Of a DNA stretch of 40,299 nucleotides, positions 27,703 to 35,952 are shown piece after piece. The position numbers were made by a program, and so were the translations under genes. Under the pieces are notes generated by a model. It ran no database searches. It was not told where the DNA came from and was given only the letters and a program-made list of their open reading frames with translations. Numbering within the stretch: position 1 is the first letter of the stretch; every line of letters starts with the position of its first letter. The stretch comes from a bacterium (GTDB lineage Bacteria > Verrucomicrobiota > Kiritimatiellia > CAIVKH01), in the NCBI GenBank assembly GCA_043802525.1, contig JAZDKY010000134.1, positions 1-40,299 of the forward strand, in the 5' to 3' direction.

Positions 27703-30609
27703 ATGGACAAGTCCTTGGGCAGCCGGGATACCACGCCGCCGGATGATCCATCCGGCAGCGATGGCATCAAGAGCGTCGGCGACTGGCAGACGCTGCGGGC
27801 GATGGCCGGGCGGAAGCGGTTCAAGGCCGGGGAGATGATCCTTGGCCGGTACAAGGTCACCGGCGAACTGGGCCAGGGCGGGATGGGTGTCGTCTACCGC
27901 TGCTTCGACGAGGTCGGCGGGATCGACGTGGCGCTCAAGGCGCTGCCGCCCGAACTCTCGCACGATTCTTCGGAAATGGCGGAGGTACGCGAGAACTTCC
28001 AGCTCGTTTCGCGGCTGGTCCACACCAACATCGCCCAGATCCGCACCCTCGATAAGGACCCCGCCACGGGCGACTACTACCTCGTCATGGAGTGCGTGGA
28101 TGGGATCAACCTGCGCGACTACCGGAAGAAGCACGGCGGGAAACTGACGCTCGAACAGGTGATGCGGATCGCCCCGCAGGTGGCCGGGGCGCTCGACTAT
28201 GCGCACGGCCAGAAAATCATCCACAGGGACATCAAGCCCGCCAACGTGATGATCCGTGCCGACGGCACGGTGAAAGTGCTGGACTTCGGACTGGCCGCGC
28301 AGCTTCACACGTCCATGTCGCGGGTCAGCAAGGCCCATTACGGGACCAGCGGCACGGGCCCGTACATGGCGCCGGAGCAGTGGGAGGGCGACTACCAGGA
28401 CGCGGCGACGGATCAGTACGCGTTCGGTGCCTTGGTCTATGAGCTGCTGGCAGGGCGTTGTCCTTTCGAAAGCCACGACTCGGGCGTCCTGCGGCATGCC
28501 GTCCTGCACGGGAAGGCCAAACCGATCGACGGCGTGCCCGCACGGGAAATGGATGCGATCTTGCGCGCGCTGGCGAAGACGCGGGAGGATCGGTTTGCGG
28601 ATTGCGCGGAGTTTGTGGAGGCGCTGGGCGGGGGGAAGATTGAACCACGGAGGACACGGAGTAACGCGGAGGGGAAGAGGAGTGGGGTTCGTGGTTTGCG
28701 GTTGGGGGTTGGGGTGGTTCTGCTCGTGGCCCTTGGCTACGGGTCCCTTGTGTCCCTCAAGTCGCTTTCCGCGCGCCGCGCGGAGGAGCGCACCGCACAG
28801 GACGCCGCGGCGAAGCAGAACGACGCGTCAAAACAGCAGATTGCCCAACTCCAACAGGCCGTCGAGCAGGCACTGACGTCTGGCAATTTGAAGGCCGCGG
28901 GAGAGAGCCTGTCTGACTTGGAGGAACTGGGCGTGCAGATACCGGCCGTGCGTGATCTGAGAGCCCGATACGAAGCAGCCGCGGGCGCACAAGAAGTGAG
29001 GAAGCGGCAGGCAGAAGCGTCGCTGGAATACGAGGCGGCACAGAAACTCGAGCCTGGGCAGGGGTTGGAGAAGAAGCTGAAGGAACTGGAACTGGTCTGG
29101 CGAGAGGCGGAACAGGCGAAGAAGGACGAGGCGTGGGGGCCGGCGCTGACGTCGTACGACCATCTCCTGGGGAAGTGCCGGGAGCTTGGGGAATGGGATG
29201 CGGCGCGCAAAGGCGCGAAGGCGCAGGGCCGGAAGGCGGAAGGCGCAAGACAGTCGGCGTCGGGCAGGAACGCGGAGCGGGATGCCTTGGCGCTATGGAA
29301 TGGCGCGGCCTCGGCGGCCTCGGCCGCAGCGACGGCCTATGAGGCGGGTGATTTTGCGGGCGCTTCCAAGGGTTGGAAGGATGCTGAAGTGAAGTTCCAA
29401 TCTTCGGAGCAGAGGGCTGTCGCGGTGCAGGCATACGGGAAGGCGAAGGCGGACTACGATGCCGCGGCGTCGCGGGCGGACCGGGAACTGCTGGGGCAGT
29501 ACGCCGCAGGCAAGTGGAAGGAAGCCCAGCAGCAGGCCAGGACGGCGGAGCAGTCCGGGGACACGCCGGACGAGGGGCGCCGGGCGTACGAGGCCGCGCT
29601 GGCGGCCTTGGACGCGGCGGTCAAGGAGGCGGAGGAGAAGTCGATCCCGATCCTGAAGGTCACGGCGAAGGCCGACGGAGCAGATGTCAAAGCTACGGTC
29701 AGCGACGGCAAGAGCACGTGGATGACGCCGGTGGAGCTGAAACTGGCGAAGAACCAGTCCTATACGTTTCAAGTAACCTATGCGGGCGGCGGCAAGCGCT
29801 GGAAAGCGGTGCGCGACACCCGAACATCCGATTGGGTGGGCGTGAAGCAGTGGGCGGTGGCGCTGGAGGCGTCGCGAGGGCCCGAGCCGGGCCGGCCGTG
29901 GACGGTGCCGGAGCTGGGGATGGAGTTCGTGCCGGTGGAGGCGGGCAGCTTCCAGATGGGATCGGAAGACGGCCATAACGACGAGAAACCCGTACACGGC
30001 GTGAGGATCACGAAGCCGTTCTGGATGGGGAAATACGAGGTGACGCAGGAGGAGTACCGGAAGATCAGCGGTCAGGCGCCTTCCTACTTCAAGGGCGACC
30101 GGCTGCCTGTTGAGACGGTCAACTGGAACGAAGCCGTTGCGTTCTGCCGCAAACTGACCGAACAGGAGCAGGCGGCGGGGCGGTTGCCGGAAGGGTATGA
30201 ATACCGGTTGCCGACGGAGGCGGAATGGGAGTACGCGGCGCGCGGCGGGACCTTGAGTCGAGGGACGGGGTATGCGGGCGGCGACGATATTGACCGGGTG
30301 GCGTGGTATACGTCGAATAGCGGGAGTACGACGCATGAGGCGGGCACGAAAGCAGCCAATGAGTTGGGCCTCTACGACATGAGCGGGAACGTGTGGGAAT
30401 GGTGCCTGGACGCATATCAGGACAGCTATACGGGCGCTCCGGCGGATGGTTCGGAGCGTACTGGTTCCGGGGCCGTTTCGCGGGTTCTCCGTGGCGGGTC
30501 GTGGCCCGACGATGCGACGTACTGTCGCGTCGCCTACCGCCGCAGGAACGACCCGACGGACTCCTACTACTGCATTGGCTTTCGTGTTGTGTTGGGGGCG
30601 GTCCGTTGA
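27703..30609 (+). CDS. Transmembrane Ser/Thr protein kinase with a C-terminal extracytoplasmic FGE-sulfatase/C-type-lectin-fold domain carrying the DGR variable region. DGR target 1.
   Basis: LGQGGMGVVYRC, HRDIKPANVMI and DFGLAA. Transmembrane segment GVGVVLLVALGYGSLVSL. FGE domain (RLPTEAEWEYAARGG...GNVWEWCLDAY...RVLRGGSW...GFRVVL). VR1 lies at the 3' end. Confidence 0.9.
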   Translation: MDKSLGSRDTTPPDDPSGSDGIKSVGDWQTLRAMAGRKRFKAGEMILGRYKVTGELGQGGMGVVYRCFDEVGGIDVALKALPPELSHDSSEMAEVRENFQLVSRLVHTNIAQIRTLDKDPATGDYYLVMECVDGINLRDYRKKHGGKLTLEQVMRIAPQVAGALDYAHGQKIIHRDIKPANVMIRADGTVKVLDFGLAAQLHTSMSRVSKAHYGTSGTGPYMAPEQWEGDYQDAATDQYAFGALVYELLAGRCPFESHDSGVLRHAVLHGKAKPIDGVPAREMDAILRALAKTREDRFADCAEFVEALGGGKIEPRRTRSNAEGKRSGVRGLRLGVGVVLLVALGYGSLVSLKSLSARRAEERTAQDAAAKQNDASKQQIAQLQQAVEQALTSGNLKAAGESLSDLEELGVQIPAVRDLRARYEAAAGAQEVRKRQAEASLEYEAAQKLEPGQGLEKKLKELELVWREAEQAKKDEAWGPALTSYDHLLGKCRELGEWDAARKGAKAQGRKAEGARQSASGRNAERDALALWNGAASAASAAATAYEAGDFAGASKGWKDAEVKFQSSEQRAVAVQAYGKAKADYDAAASRADRELLGQYAAGKWKEAQQQARTAEQSGDTPDEGRRAYEAALAALDAAVKEAEEKSIPILKVTAKADGADVKATVSDGKSTWMTPVELKLAKNQSYTFQVTYAGGGKRWKAVRDTRTSDWVGVKQWAVALEASRGPEPGRPWTVPELGMEFVPVEAGSFQMGSEDGHNDEKPVHGVRITKPFWMGKYEVTQEEYRKISGQAPSYFKGDRLPVETVNWNEAVAFCRKLTEQEQAAGRLPEGYEYRLPTEAEWEYAARGGTLSRGTGYAGGDDIDRVAWYTSNSGSTTHEAGTKAANELGLYDMSGNVWEWCLDAYQDSYTGAPADGSERTGSGAVSRVLRGGSWPDDATYCRVAYRRRNDPTDSYYCIGFRVVLGAVR
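30470..30609 (+). repeat. DGR variable repeat VR1 (3' end of kinase-FGE gene 1).
   Basis: 140-nt alignment to TR1 shows 12 mismatches, all at TR adenines (examples: ggAAcAac to ggCCcGac; ccAaccgcAAc to ccTaccgcCGc; AAcAAcAAcAtt to TAcTAcTGcAtt). Confidence 0.9.
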
Positions 30610-30664
30610 GGAATGGGTATTGTACTGAGCTTCTGGGCTTCTGTGTTCTGAACTACTGTTTGAA

Positions 30665-30690
30665 AGCGCGCGGAGCGCGCTCGAATTTTT
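30665..30690 (+). terminator. GC hairpin (agcgcgc-gga-gcgcgct) followed by a T5 run, 56 nt downstream of VR1. It is a DGR target-recognition-type hairpin and/or an intrinsic terminator.
   Basis: Read from the sequence. The homologous position after VR2 has ccccgc-gaa-gcgggg. Confidence 0.5.
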
Positions 30691-30737
30691 CGGCTGTGTC
30701 GAAAGGGGGACCATGACACACGGGGGACGAAACGATA

Positions 30738-30877
30738 GGGCCGTTTCGCGGGTTCTCCGTGGCGGGTCGTGGAACAACGATGCGACGAACTGTCGCGTCG
30801 CCAACCGCAACAGGAACGACCCGACGAACTCCAACAACAACATTGGCTTTCGTGTTGTGTTGGGGGCGGTCCGTTGA
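30738..30877 (+). repeat. DGR template repeat TR1 (orphan). It is AAC-rich and translates in target frame as [42 protein letters not shown].
   Basis: Identical to VR1 except at 12 adenine positions. It is intergenic. The upstream gggggaccatgaca resembles the avd 3' end (gggggccgggacatgaca) found before TR2. Confidence 0.9.
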
Positions 30878-31045
30878 AGAATCGGACAGCCAGATACCGT
30901 GCGCTTCCCGCGAGAGCGGGTCGCCCGGTCCGTGCAAACCCATTCCAGTTTTGTCCTCCTGATCCCGCCGGCGAGCGGGGCGAAGACGCGGCGCGGGGCT
31001 GGGGCTGGTACCCTGAGGATCTCGAAGGGGAAAGCCCCGGCCCCG
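30878..31045 (+). ncRNA. Conserved structured RNA element 3' of TR1 (DGR spacer-like region). It includes the shared motif ccagatac and the conserved block aagacgcggcgcggggcYggggcYggtaccctgagg..tcgaRggggaaRgccccggc.
   Basis: The same roughly 60-nt block recurs downstream of TR2 (37607..37665). A C/U difference in the 5' strand preserves pairing (G-C versus G.U) with gccccggcccc. Confidence 0.55.
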
Positions 31046-31253
31046 CATGCTCCGCAGCGGGCACGGAATGGCTGCGCAGCACGACGGGCTATGACCGATC
31101 CGCTGGACATCGCCAAGAAGAATATTCCGCGGGCGGGCGACCGCAAGGGGGCATGACAACCCGGCCAGATTCGCGATATGATTGCATCTGAATGGTTCTT
31201 TATATGACGGTGGCGATGTTGATAAGTCTTGCTGGCAAGATGTTCCTTTCCCT

Positions 31254-31870
31254 ATGAAACCGCCCGACAACAGCCTCGGTGGTCAGTCGACAAATCCCGG
31301 CGCGGATCTGCCGGACGGCATCCATTCGATCGGCGACGTCCTGACGCAGCGCCAGCGGAAGCGGTTCAGGGCCGGGGACGTGCTGGCGGGGCGCTACAAG
31401 ATTCTCGGCGAACTCGGGCAGGGTGGGATGGGGTTGGTGTTCCGTTGCCTTGACGAGGTCGGCGGGATCGAGGTCGCCGTGAAGATGCTTCCTCCGGAAG
31501 TCTCGCGCGACACGGGCGAGATGGAGGAGGTCCGTGAGAATTTCCAACTGGTCGCGAAGCTCGCCCACCCGAACATCGCCACGGTCAGGACCTTGGAACG
31601 GGATCCTGCCACGGGCGAATACCTCCTCGTCATGGACAGCGCCGAGGGCGCCAGCCTGCGGAAGTGGCGAAAAGAAGGCGCAGGGGGCCGTCGCACGCTC
31701 GAAGAGATTCTGCCCGTCCTTGAACACGTGGCGTCGGCGCTGGATTACGCGCACGGGCGCAAGGTCGTCCACCGGGATATCAAGCCCTCCAATATCTCAT
31801 GTGGCGCGGGGCACGTGGTTGGAGGTTAGGGCTTGGTGTGGCCGTGATCCTTGCGCTGGGCTGGTGGGGA
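31254..31870 (+). pseudogene. Truncated paralogue of the kinase-FGE gene. It keeps the kinase N-terminal half (near-identical to 33066..33610) and is then internally deleted to a fragment of the transmembrane region.
   Basis: MKPPDNSLGGQSTNPGADLPDGIHSIGDV...HRDIKPSNI, then SCGAGHVVGG*. The downstream ggcttggtgtggccgtgatccttgcgctgggctggtgggg matches the transmembrane-coding segment at about 34061. Confidence 0.75.
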
Positions 31871-31953
31871 AACGTATAAGCACCTCAGCTTCTGTGGTTC
31901 TTTGCCGTTTTCCTCCAACACGACAACCTGATGATTTCCCCTTTAAGCGCGCG

Positions 31954-32211
31954 TCATCGGTACACCTCGCGTCGGTTGCCGATCTTCAAGACCAGCACGA
32001 TCAATTGTCTGTCCCGAACGGTGTAGATGATGCGCCAGTCGCCAACGCGGACACGATACTGGTCATCTTGCCCGCCCAGTTTTTCCACGCCGGGCGGGCG
32101 CGGGTTATCGGCAAGGCTTTCCAGCCTTCGGAGAATCCGGGAATGAACGTCCGGCTGAAGCAGGTCCAACTGCTTGCGGGCCGGTCGCGTGATCGTGACA
32201 GTGTACTTCAA
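31954..32211 (-). CDS. Type II toxin, RelE/ParE family.
   Basis: ...NPRPPGVEKLGG..QYRVRVGDWRIIYTVRDRQLIVLVLKIGNRREVYR is the classic RelE/ParE C-terminus. 4-bp overlap with the upstream antitoxin. The start is probably TTG. Confidence 0.75.
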   Translation of the reverse strand: MKYTVTITRPARKQLDLLQPDVHSRILRRLESLADNPRPPGVEKLGGQDDQYRVRVGDWRIIYTVRDRQLIVLVLKIGNRREVYR

Positions 32212-32474
32212 GCACGGGCCTTGCGAGTGCGCTTATAATCCTCAAGGGTCATCGCGCTTTTTGGATTCCGCTCGTAGTCGCGCAGGGCCTTCAAGGCGTC
32301 GCGGGCATCTGTTGCGTCCTCGAATCGGCGCAGTAGCTCCAAGTCTTTGGCGGAAACCAGCGCCGCGACCGGCGTCCCACGTCGTTCCACTACAATGCGT
32401 TCGCCGCCGTAGGACACTTTATTGATGGCGTCGGCGAAATGGATACGCGCTTCGGCTATGCTTAATATAGTCAT
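32208..32474 (-). CDS. Type II antitoxin, Phd/YefM family.
   Basis: MTILSIAEARIHFADAINKVSYGGERIVVERRGTPVAALVSAKDLELL fits the Phd/YefM fold signature. It is the only opposite-strand gene pair in a long +strand run. Confidence 0.75.
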   Translation of the reverse strand: MTILSIAEARIHFADAINKVSYGGERIVVERRGTPVAALVSAKDLELLRRFEDATDARDALKALRDYERNPKSAMTLEDYKRTRKARA

Positions 32475-32559
32475 GTCCTTCCCCCTCTGTTCATGTACAT
32501 TCCGTACTAAATGTACAGAGTACGGGTGCCGATGTCAAAGGACGGAATCAACGGGCTCG

Positions 32560-32950
32560 CGAAGGAATACCTCATTCCGTTGTGGGGCCAGCTCTTCACC
32601 TTGGCCTTTTTCAGGATGCGTCCACGCCATCTCCGAACGACTGAATTCGGGGCGCAGACGGGTTCCGACTCCCGGCGGTCAACATGGAATGTATACCCTT
32701 GGAATTCTGGGCAAGGCACGTGGCTTCCTCAGAAAGACGCCGGGAACTACAGTTCGAGTTGGGGGGGAATATGTGGGAGCGTTGCGAGGACTACTATGGC
32801 GGCCAGAGTGGCTCCCGTGTTCTTCGCGGCGGTTCTTGGTTCGACGGTGCTTCTGTGACTTTGCTATTGTCGAGCCGTGTCGACGACCTCCCCGGGAGTC
32901 AAAGCGGCGATATCGGTTTCCGCGTGGTGTTGGCTCGTGCTTCGCCTTGA
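32560..32950 (+). pseudogene. Decayed FGE-domain 3' fragment with a degenerate former VR (..[24 protein letters not shown]...IGFRVVLA). It is the remnant of a third DGR target.
   Basis: Recognisable FGE C-terminal motifs in a broken frame. It differs from both TRs at non-adenine positions as well, so it is no longer a homing substrate. Confidence 0.55.
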
Positions 32951-33065
32951 GGCTTCCACCTTCGCAAATGCTTGGGTGGCACGTCGCCGGGCGGGGTCTC
33001 TCGCGCCAAGTTGGATGTGAATATGGTTTGTTCTGCTATCCTTATTTGATTACGACTCTCCCATC

Positions 33066-35864
33066 ATGACACCGCCCGATAACAGCCTCGGTGGTCAGTC
33101 GACGAATCCCGGCGCGGACCTGCCGGACGGCATCCACTCCATCGGCGACGTCCTGACGCAGCGCCAGCGCAAGCGGTTCAGGGCCGGGGACGTGCTGGCG
33201 GGGCGCTACAAGATTCTCGGCGAACTCGGACAGGGCGGGATGGGGTTGGTGTTCCGCTGCCTTGACGAGGTCGGCGGGATCGAGGTCGCCGTGAAGATGC
33301 TTCCTCCGGAAGTCTCGCGAGACACGGGCGAGATGGAGGAGGTCCGTGAGAATTTCCAACTGGTCGCGAAGCTCGCCCACCCGAGCATCGCCACGGTCAG
33401 GACCTTGGAACGGGACCCTGCCACGGGCGAATACCTCCTCGTCATGGACAGCGCCGAGGGCGTCAGCCTGCGGAAGTGGCGAAAAGAAGGCGCAGGGGGC
33501 CGTCGCACGCTCGCAGAGATTCTGCCCGTCCTTGAACATGTGGCGTCGGCGCTGGATTACGCGCACGGGCGCAAAGTCGTCCACCGTGACATCAAGCCCT
33601 CCAATATCATGGTGTCGCCCGACGGCACGGTCAACGTGTTGGACTTCGGCTTGGCGGCGCAGATCCACACATCGTTTTCCCGCGTCTCGCAAACGAAATA
33701 TGGGACGAGCGGGACGGGCCCGTACATGGCGCCGGAACAGTGGCGCGGGGAATACCAGGACGCGAAGACCGATCAGTATGCGCTGGGGGTGATGACGTAC
33801 GAATTGCTGGCGGGGCGGCTGCCGTTCGAGAGTCATGATGCGTCGGTCTTGAAACAGGCTGTGTTGGACCATGAGCCGACGCCCATCGCGGGGTTGGACC
33901 CTGCTGCGATGGCGGTGCTCCGCCGCGCGTTGGCGAAGAAGCGTGAAGAAAGGTTTGCAAGCTGTGCGGAGTTTGTGGAGGCGCTGGGGGGTGGGAAGAT
34001 TTCACCGCAGAGGACGCCGAGGAACGCAGAGGGAAGGAGGAGTAGATTCGGGGGTTTGTGGTTGGGGGTTGGTGTGGCCGTGATCCTCGTCCTGGGCTGG
34101 TGGGGATGGATGGTATGGCGCCAGGGAAGTGCGCCTGAGGAACAGTCTGCGCGGGTGTCTGCGCAGACGAAGCCGAATACGGCCGCTGAACAGCCAGATG
34201 GGCAAGCGAGCCAAGCGCAGCCGATAACCCTCGAAGATCTGGATAAGTTAGACTTCAGCCCGATAGTCACCCTACCGACATCAGTACGCAATGGCGCCGC
34301 GTACATTGCAACCGACCCGGCGGGGGCGGCGGTTGCGATAGGAGCGGCAGGGAAGACTGCGCCGGCTGAGTTCCTCAATCTTCCTGCGGGCGTGTGTACG
34401 GCGCGGGTATCGCTTTCGGGCTACTACGACACGAGTGTCCTACTCCTCGTCACCGGGGACCGGTTCACCAAAACGAACGTCGTCCTGCGCCGCCACAGCG
34501 GGAAAGTCCGGCTGTCCAGTACGCCAACCGAGGCGGAAATATGGCGGGACGGGCAGAGGCTGGGCATGACGCCCGAGATTCTCGGACCCTTCCCAGCCGA
34601 GTCGATCGTGTTCGAGTTGAAGAAGCCGGGTTACCGCCCGGCGACCGTCACCGTGGAGGTCCGGAAGGACGAAGCCACCGACCGTACCGCGAGCCTCGAA
34701 AAGGCGTCCGGCTGGCTTCGCGTTGTGGCGCAAGGAAGGCCTGCTGGTGAAGCGGGCGAATTGGAGATCGACGGCCGGAGCGTGGGCGTCGTCAAGCTCC
34801 CCTACGTCGCGGGCCCGTTCGATCCCGCGAAGGTCAAGGTGCGCTTCGTCGGCGCAGGCGGCGCGTCGGCGGAGGCCGCAGCCTCCGTGGAGGACACCAG
34901 AACCAACGTGGTCACGCTGGTCTTCGAGGCGCAGCCGAGGGATGGCGAAGACTGGACCGTCAAGAACTTGGGCATGCTGGTGAAGTGGATCCCGGCGGGC
35001 ACGTTCATGATGGGCAGCACGCCGGAGGAACGGGCGTGGGCCGCCGGGTCGGAGGGCAAGGGGCAGAAGGAATGGTTTGCCGGTGAAGGCGATCAGCCGC
35101 GGAGCACGAAGGTGGATCCGGGTTTCTGGTTGGGACAGACCGAGGTCACGCGGGGTCAGTGGAAACAGTTCATGGCAGACAATCCCTCGTTTCGAACCGA
35201 TGCGGAGAAAAGCGGCCAGGCATGGTGCCTTGACATCAAAGGCGACAAGCAATGGAAGCTCATGAAGGGTAAGAGCTGGCGGGATCCGAACTTCGAGCAG
35301 GACGATACGCACCCGGTTGTGTGCATATCGTGGAACGACGCGACCGCCTTCTGCGCTTGGCTGACTCGTAAGGAACGGGACGGCGGCCGCCTCCCGGAGA
35401 GCCTGGTTTACCGCCTTCCATCAGAGGCGGAATGGGAGTATGCCTGCAGAGCGCAAAAGGAGCAGACGCGGTTCTGGTGGGGAGACGCTGTGATGGACGG
35501 AGAAGGGCGAGTGAACGTGGGGGGGACGGAAAAGATGCCGAATGGAACCACTTGGAGCGTGAGCTTCTCGTTTGACGATGGCTGGCCCTACACGGCCCCG
35601 GTGGACAGCTATGGGACCAGAGGGCGCAATGGCTTTGGTTTGGCGGATATGCTGGGCAACGTCTGGGAGTGGTGCCTCGACGGCTGGTCGGAGCAGGGCG
35701 CGCAGGTCCAGGTATACAAGGCCGATGCTTCGCGGCGCGTTGTGCGGGGCGGGTCGTTCAACTTTCAACCCGGTGGCGTCCGTTGCGCGTATCGCGCCAG
35801 GACCGATCCTTCGCTTCCGGACGGCGGCGATGGCTTTCGGGTTGGTCTGGGTGTTTCCCGCTGA
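33066..35864 (+). CDS. Transmembrane Ser/Thr protein kinase with a C-terminal extracytoplasmic FGE-sulfatase/C-type-lectin-fold domain carrying VR2. DGR target 2.
   Basis: LGQGGMGLVFRC, HRDIKPSNIMV and DFGLAA. Transmembrane segment LWLGVGVAVILVLGWWGW. FGE domain (RLPSEAEWEYACRA...GNVWEWCLDGW...RVVRGGSF...GFRVGL). Confidence 0.9.
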   Translation: MTPPDNSLGGQSTNPGADLPDGIHSIGDVLTQRQRKRFRAGDVLAGRYKILGELGQGGMGLVFRCLDEVGGIEVAVKMLPPEVSRDTGEMEEVRENFQLVAKLAHPSIATVRTLERDPATGEYLLVMDSAEGVSLRKWRKEGAGGRRTLAEILPVLEHVASALDYAHGRKVVHRDIKPSNIMVSPDGTVNVLDFGLAAQIHTSFSRVSQTKYGTSGTGPYMAPEQWRGEYQDAKTDQYALGVMTYELLAGRLPFESHDASVLKQAVLDHEPTPIAGLDPAAMAVLRRALAKKREERFASCAEFVEALGGGKISPQRTPRNAEGRRSRFGGLWLGVGVAVILVLGWWGWMVWRQGSAPEEQSARVSAQTKPNTAAEQPDGQASQAQPITLEDLDKLDFSPIVTLPTSVRNGAAYIATDPAGAAVAIGAAGKTAPAEFLNLPAGVCTARVSLSGYYDTSVLLLVTGDRFTKTNVVLRRHSGKVRLSSTPTEAEIWRDGQRLGMTPEILGPFPAESIVFELKKPGYRPATVTVEVRKDEATDRTASLEKASGWLRVVAQGRPAGEAGELEIDGRSVGVVKLPYVAGPFDPAKVKVRFVGAGGASAEAAASVEDTRTNVVTLVFEAQPRDGEDWTVKNLGMLVKWIPAGTFMMGSTPEERAWAAGSEGKGQKEWFAGEGDQPRSTKVDPGFWLGQTEVTRGQWKQFMADNPSFRTDAEKSGQAWCLDIKGDKQWKLMKGKSWRDPNFEQDDTHPVVCISWNDATAFCAWLTRKERDGGRLPESLVYRLPSEAEWEYACRAQKEQTRFWWGDAVMDGEGRVNVGGTEKMPNGTTWSVSFSFDDGWPYTAPVDSYGTRGRNGFGLADMLGNVWEWCLDGWSEQGAQVQVYKADASRRVVRGGSFNFQPGGVRCAYRARTDPSLPDGGDGFRVGLGVSR

Positions 35865-35867
35865 GGC
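35729..35867 (+). repeat. DGR variable repeat VR2.
   Basis: 139-nt alignment to TR2 shows 16 mismatches, all at TR adenines (examples: cAAtcaa to cTTtcaa; tAAcgtAcgAtg to tGGcgtCcgTtg; AtcgAAtccgA to TtcgCTtccgG; cAgcAAcAAtgg to cGgcGGcGAtgg). Confidence 0.9.
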
Positions 35868-35926
35868 ATGGTAGTTGTTCTGTGTCCTGAGCTTCTGGGT
35901 TCTGGTTTCTGAGGTTCTGAAAACTA

Positions 35927-35941
35927 ACCCCGCGAAGCGGG
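35927..35941 (+). promoter_or_regulatory. GC hairpin with a GAA triloop (ccccgc-gaa-gcgggg), 60 nt downstream of VR2 and just upstream of the RT start. DGR target-recognition-type hairpin.
   Basis: Read from the sequence. The segment between VR and hairpin (ctgagcttctggg.ttctg.gtt.ctga) is conserved with the VR1-downstream region. Confidence 0.5.
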
Positions 35942-35952
35942 GCCGAAAATGT

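Noticed and set aside
30665-30690. Treating the VR1-downstream hairpin purely as a terminator
   Set aside because: A homologous hairpin at the same offset after VR2 lacks a T-run and is followed directly by the RT gene. The conserved role is therefore more likely DGR target recognition. The terminator call is kept only at moderate confidence.
35875-35952. RT start at 35875 as given by the ORF track
   Set aside because: The in-frame extension runs through the VR-downstream conserved element and hairpin. DGR RTs begin near the FENLWLAYQKARRGKR motif, so ATG 35953 is preferred.
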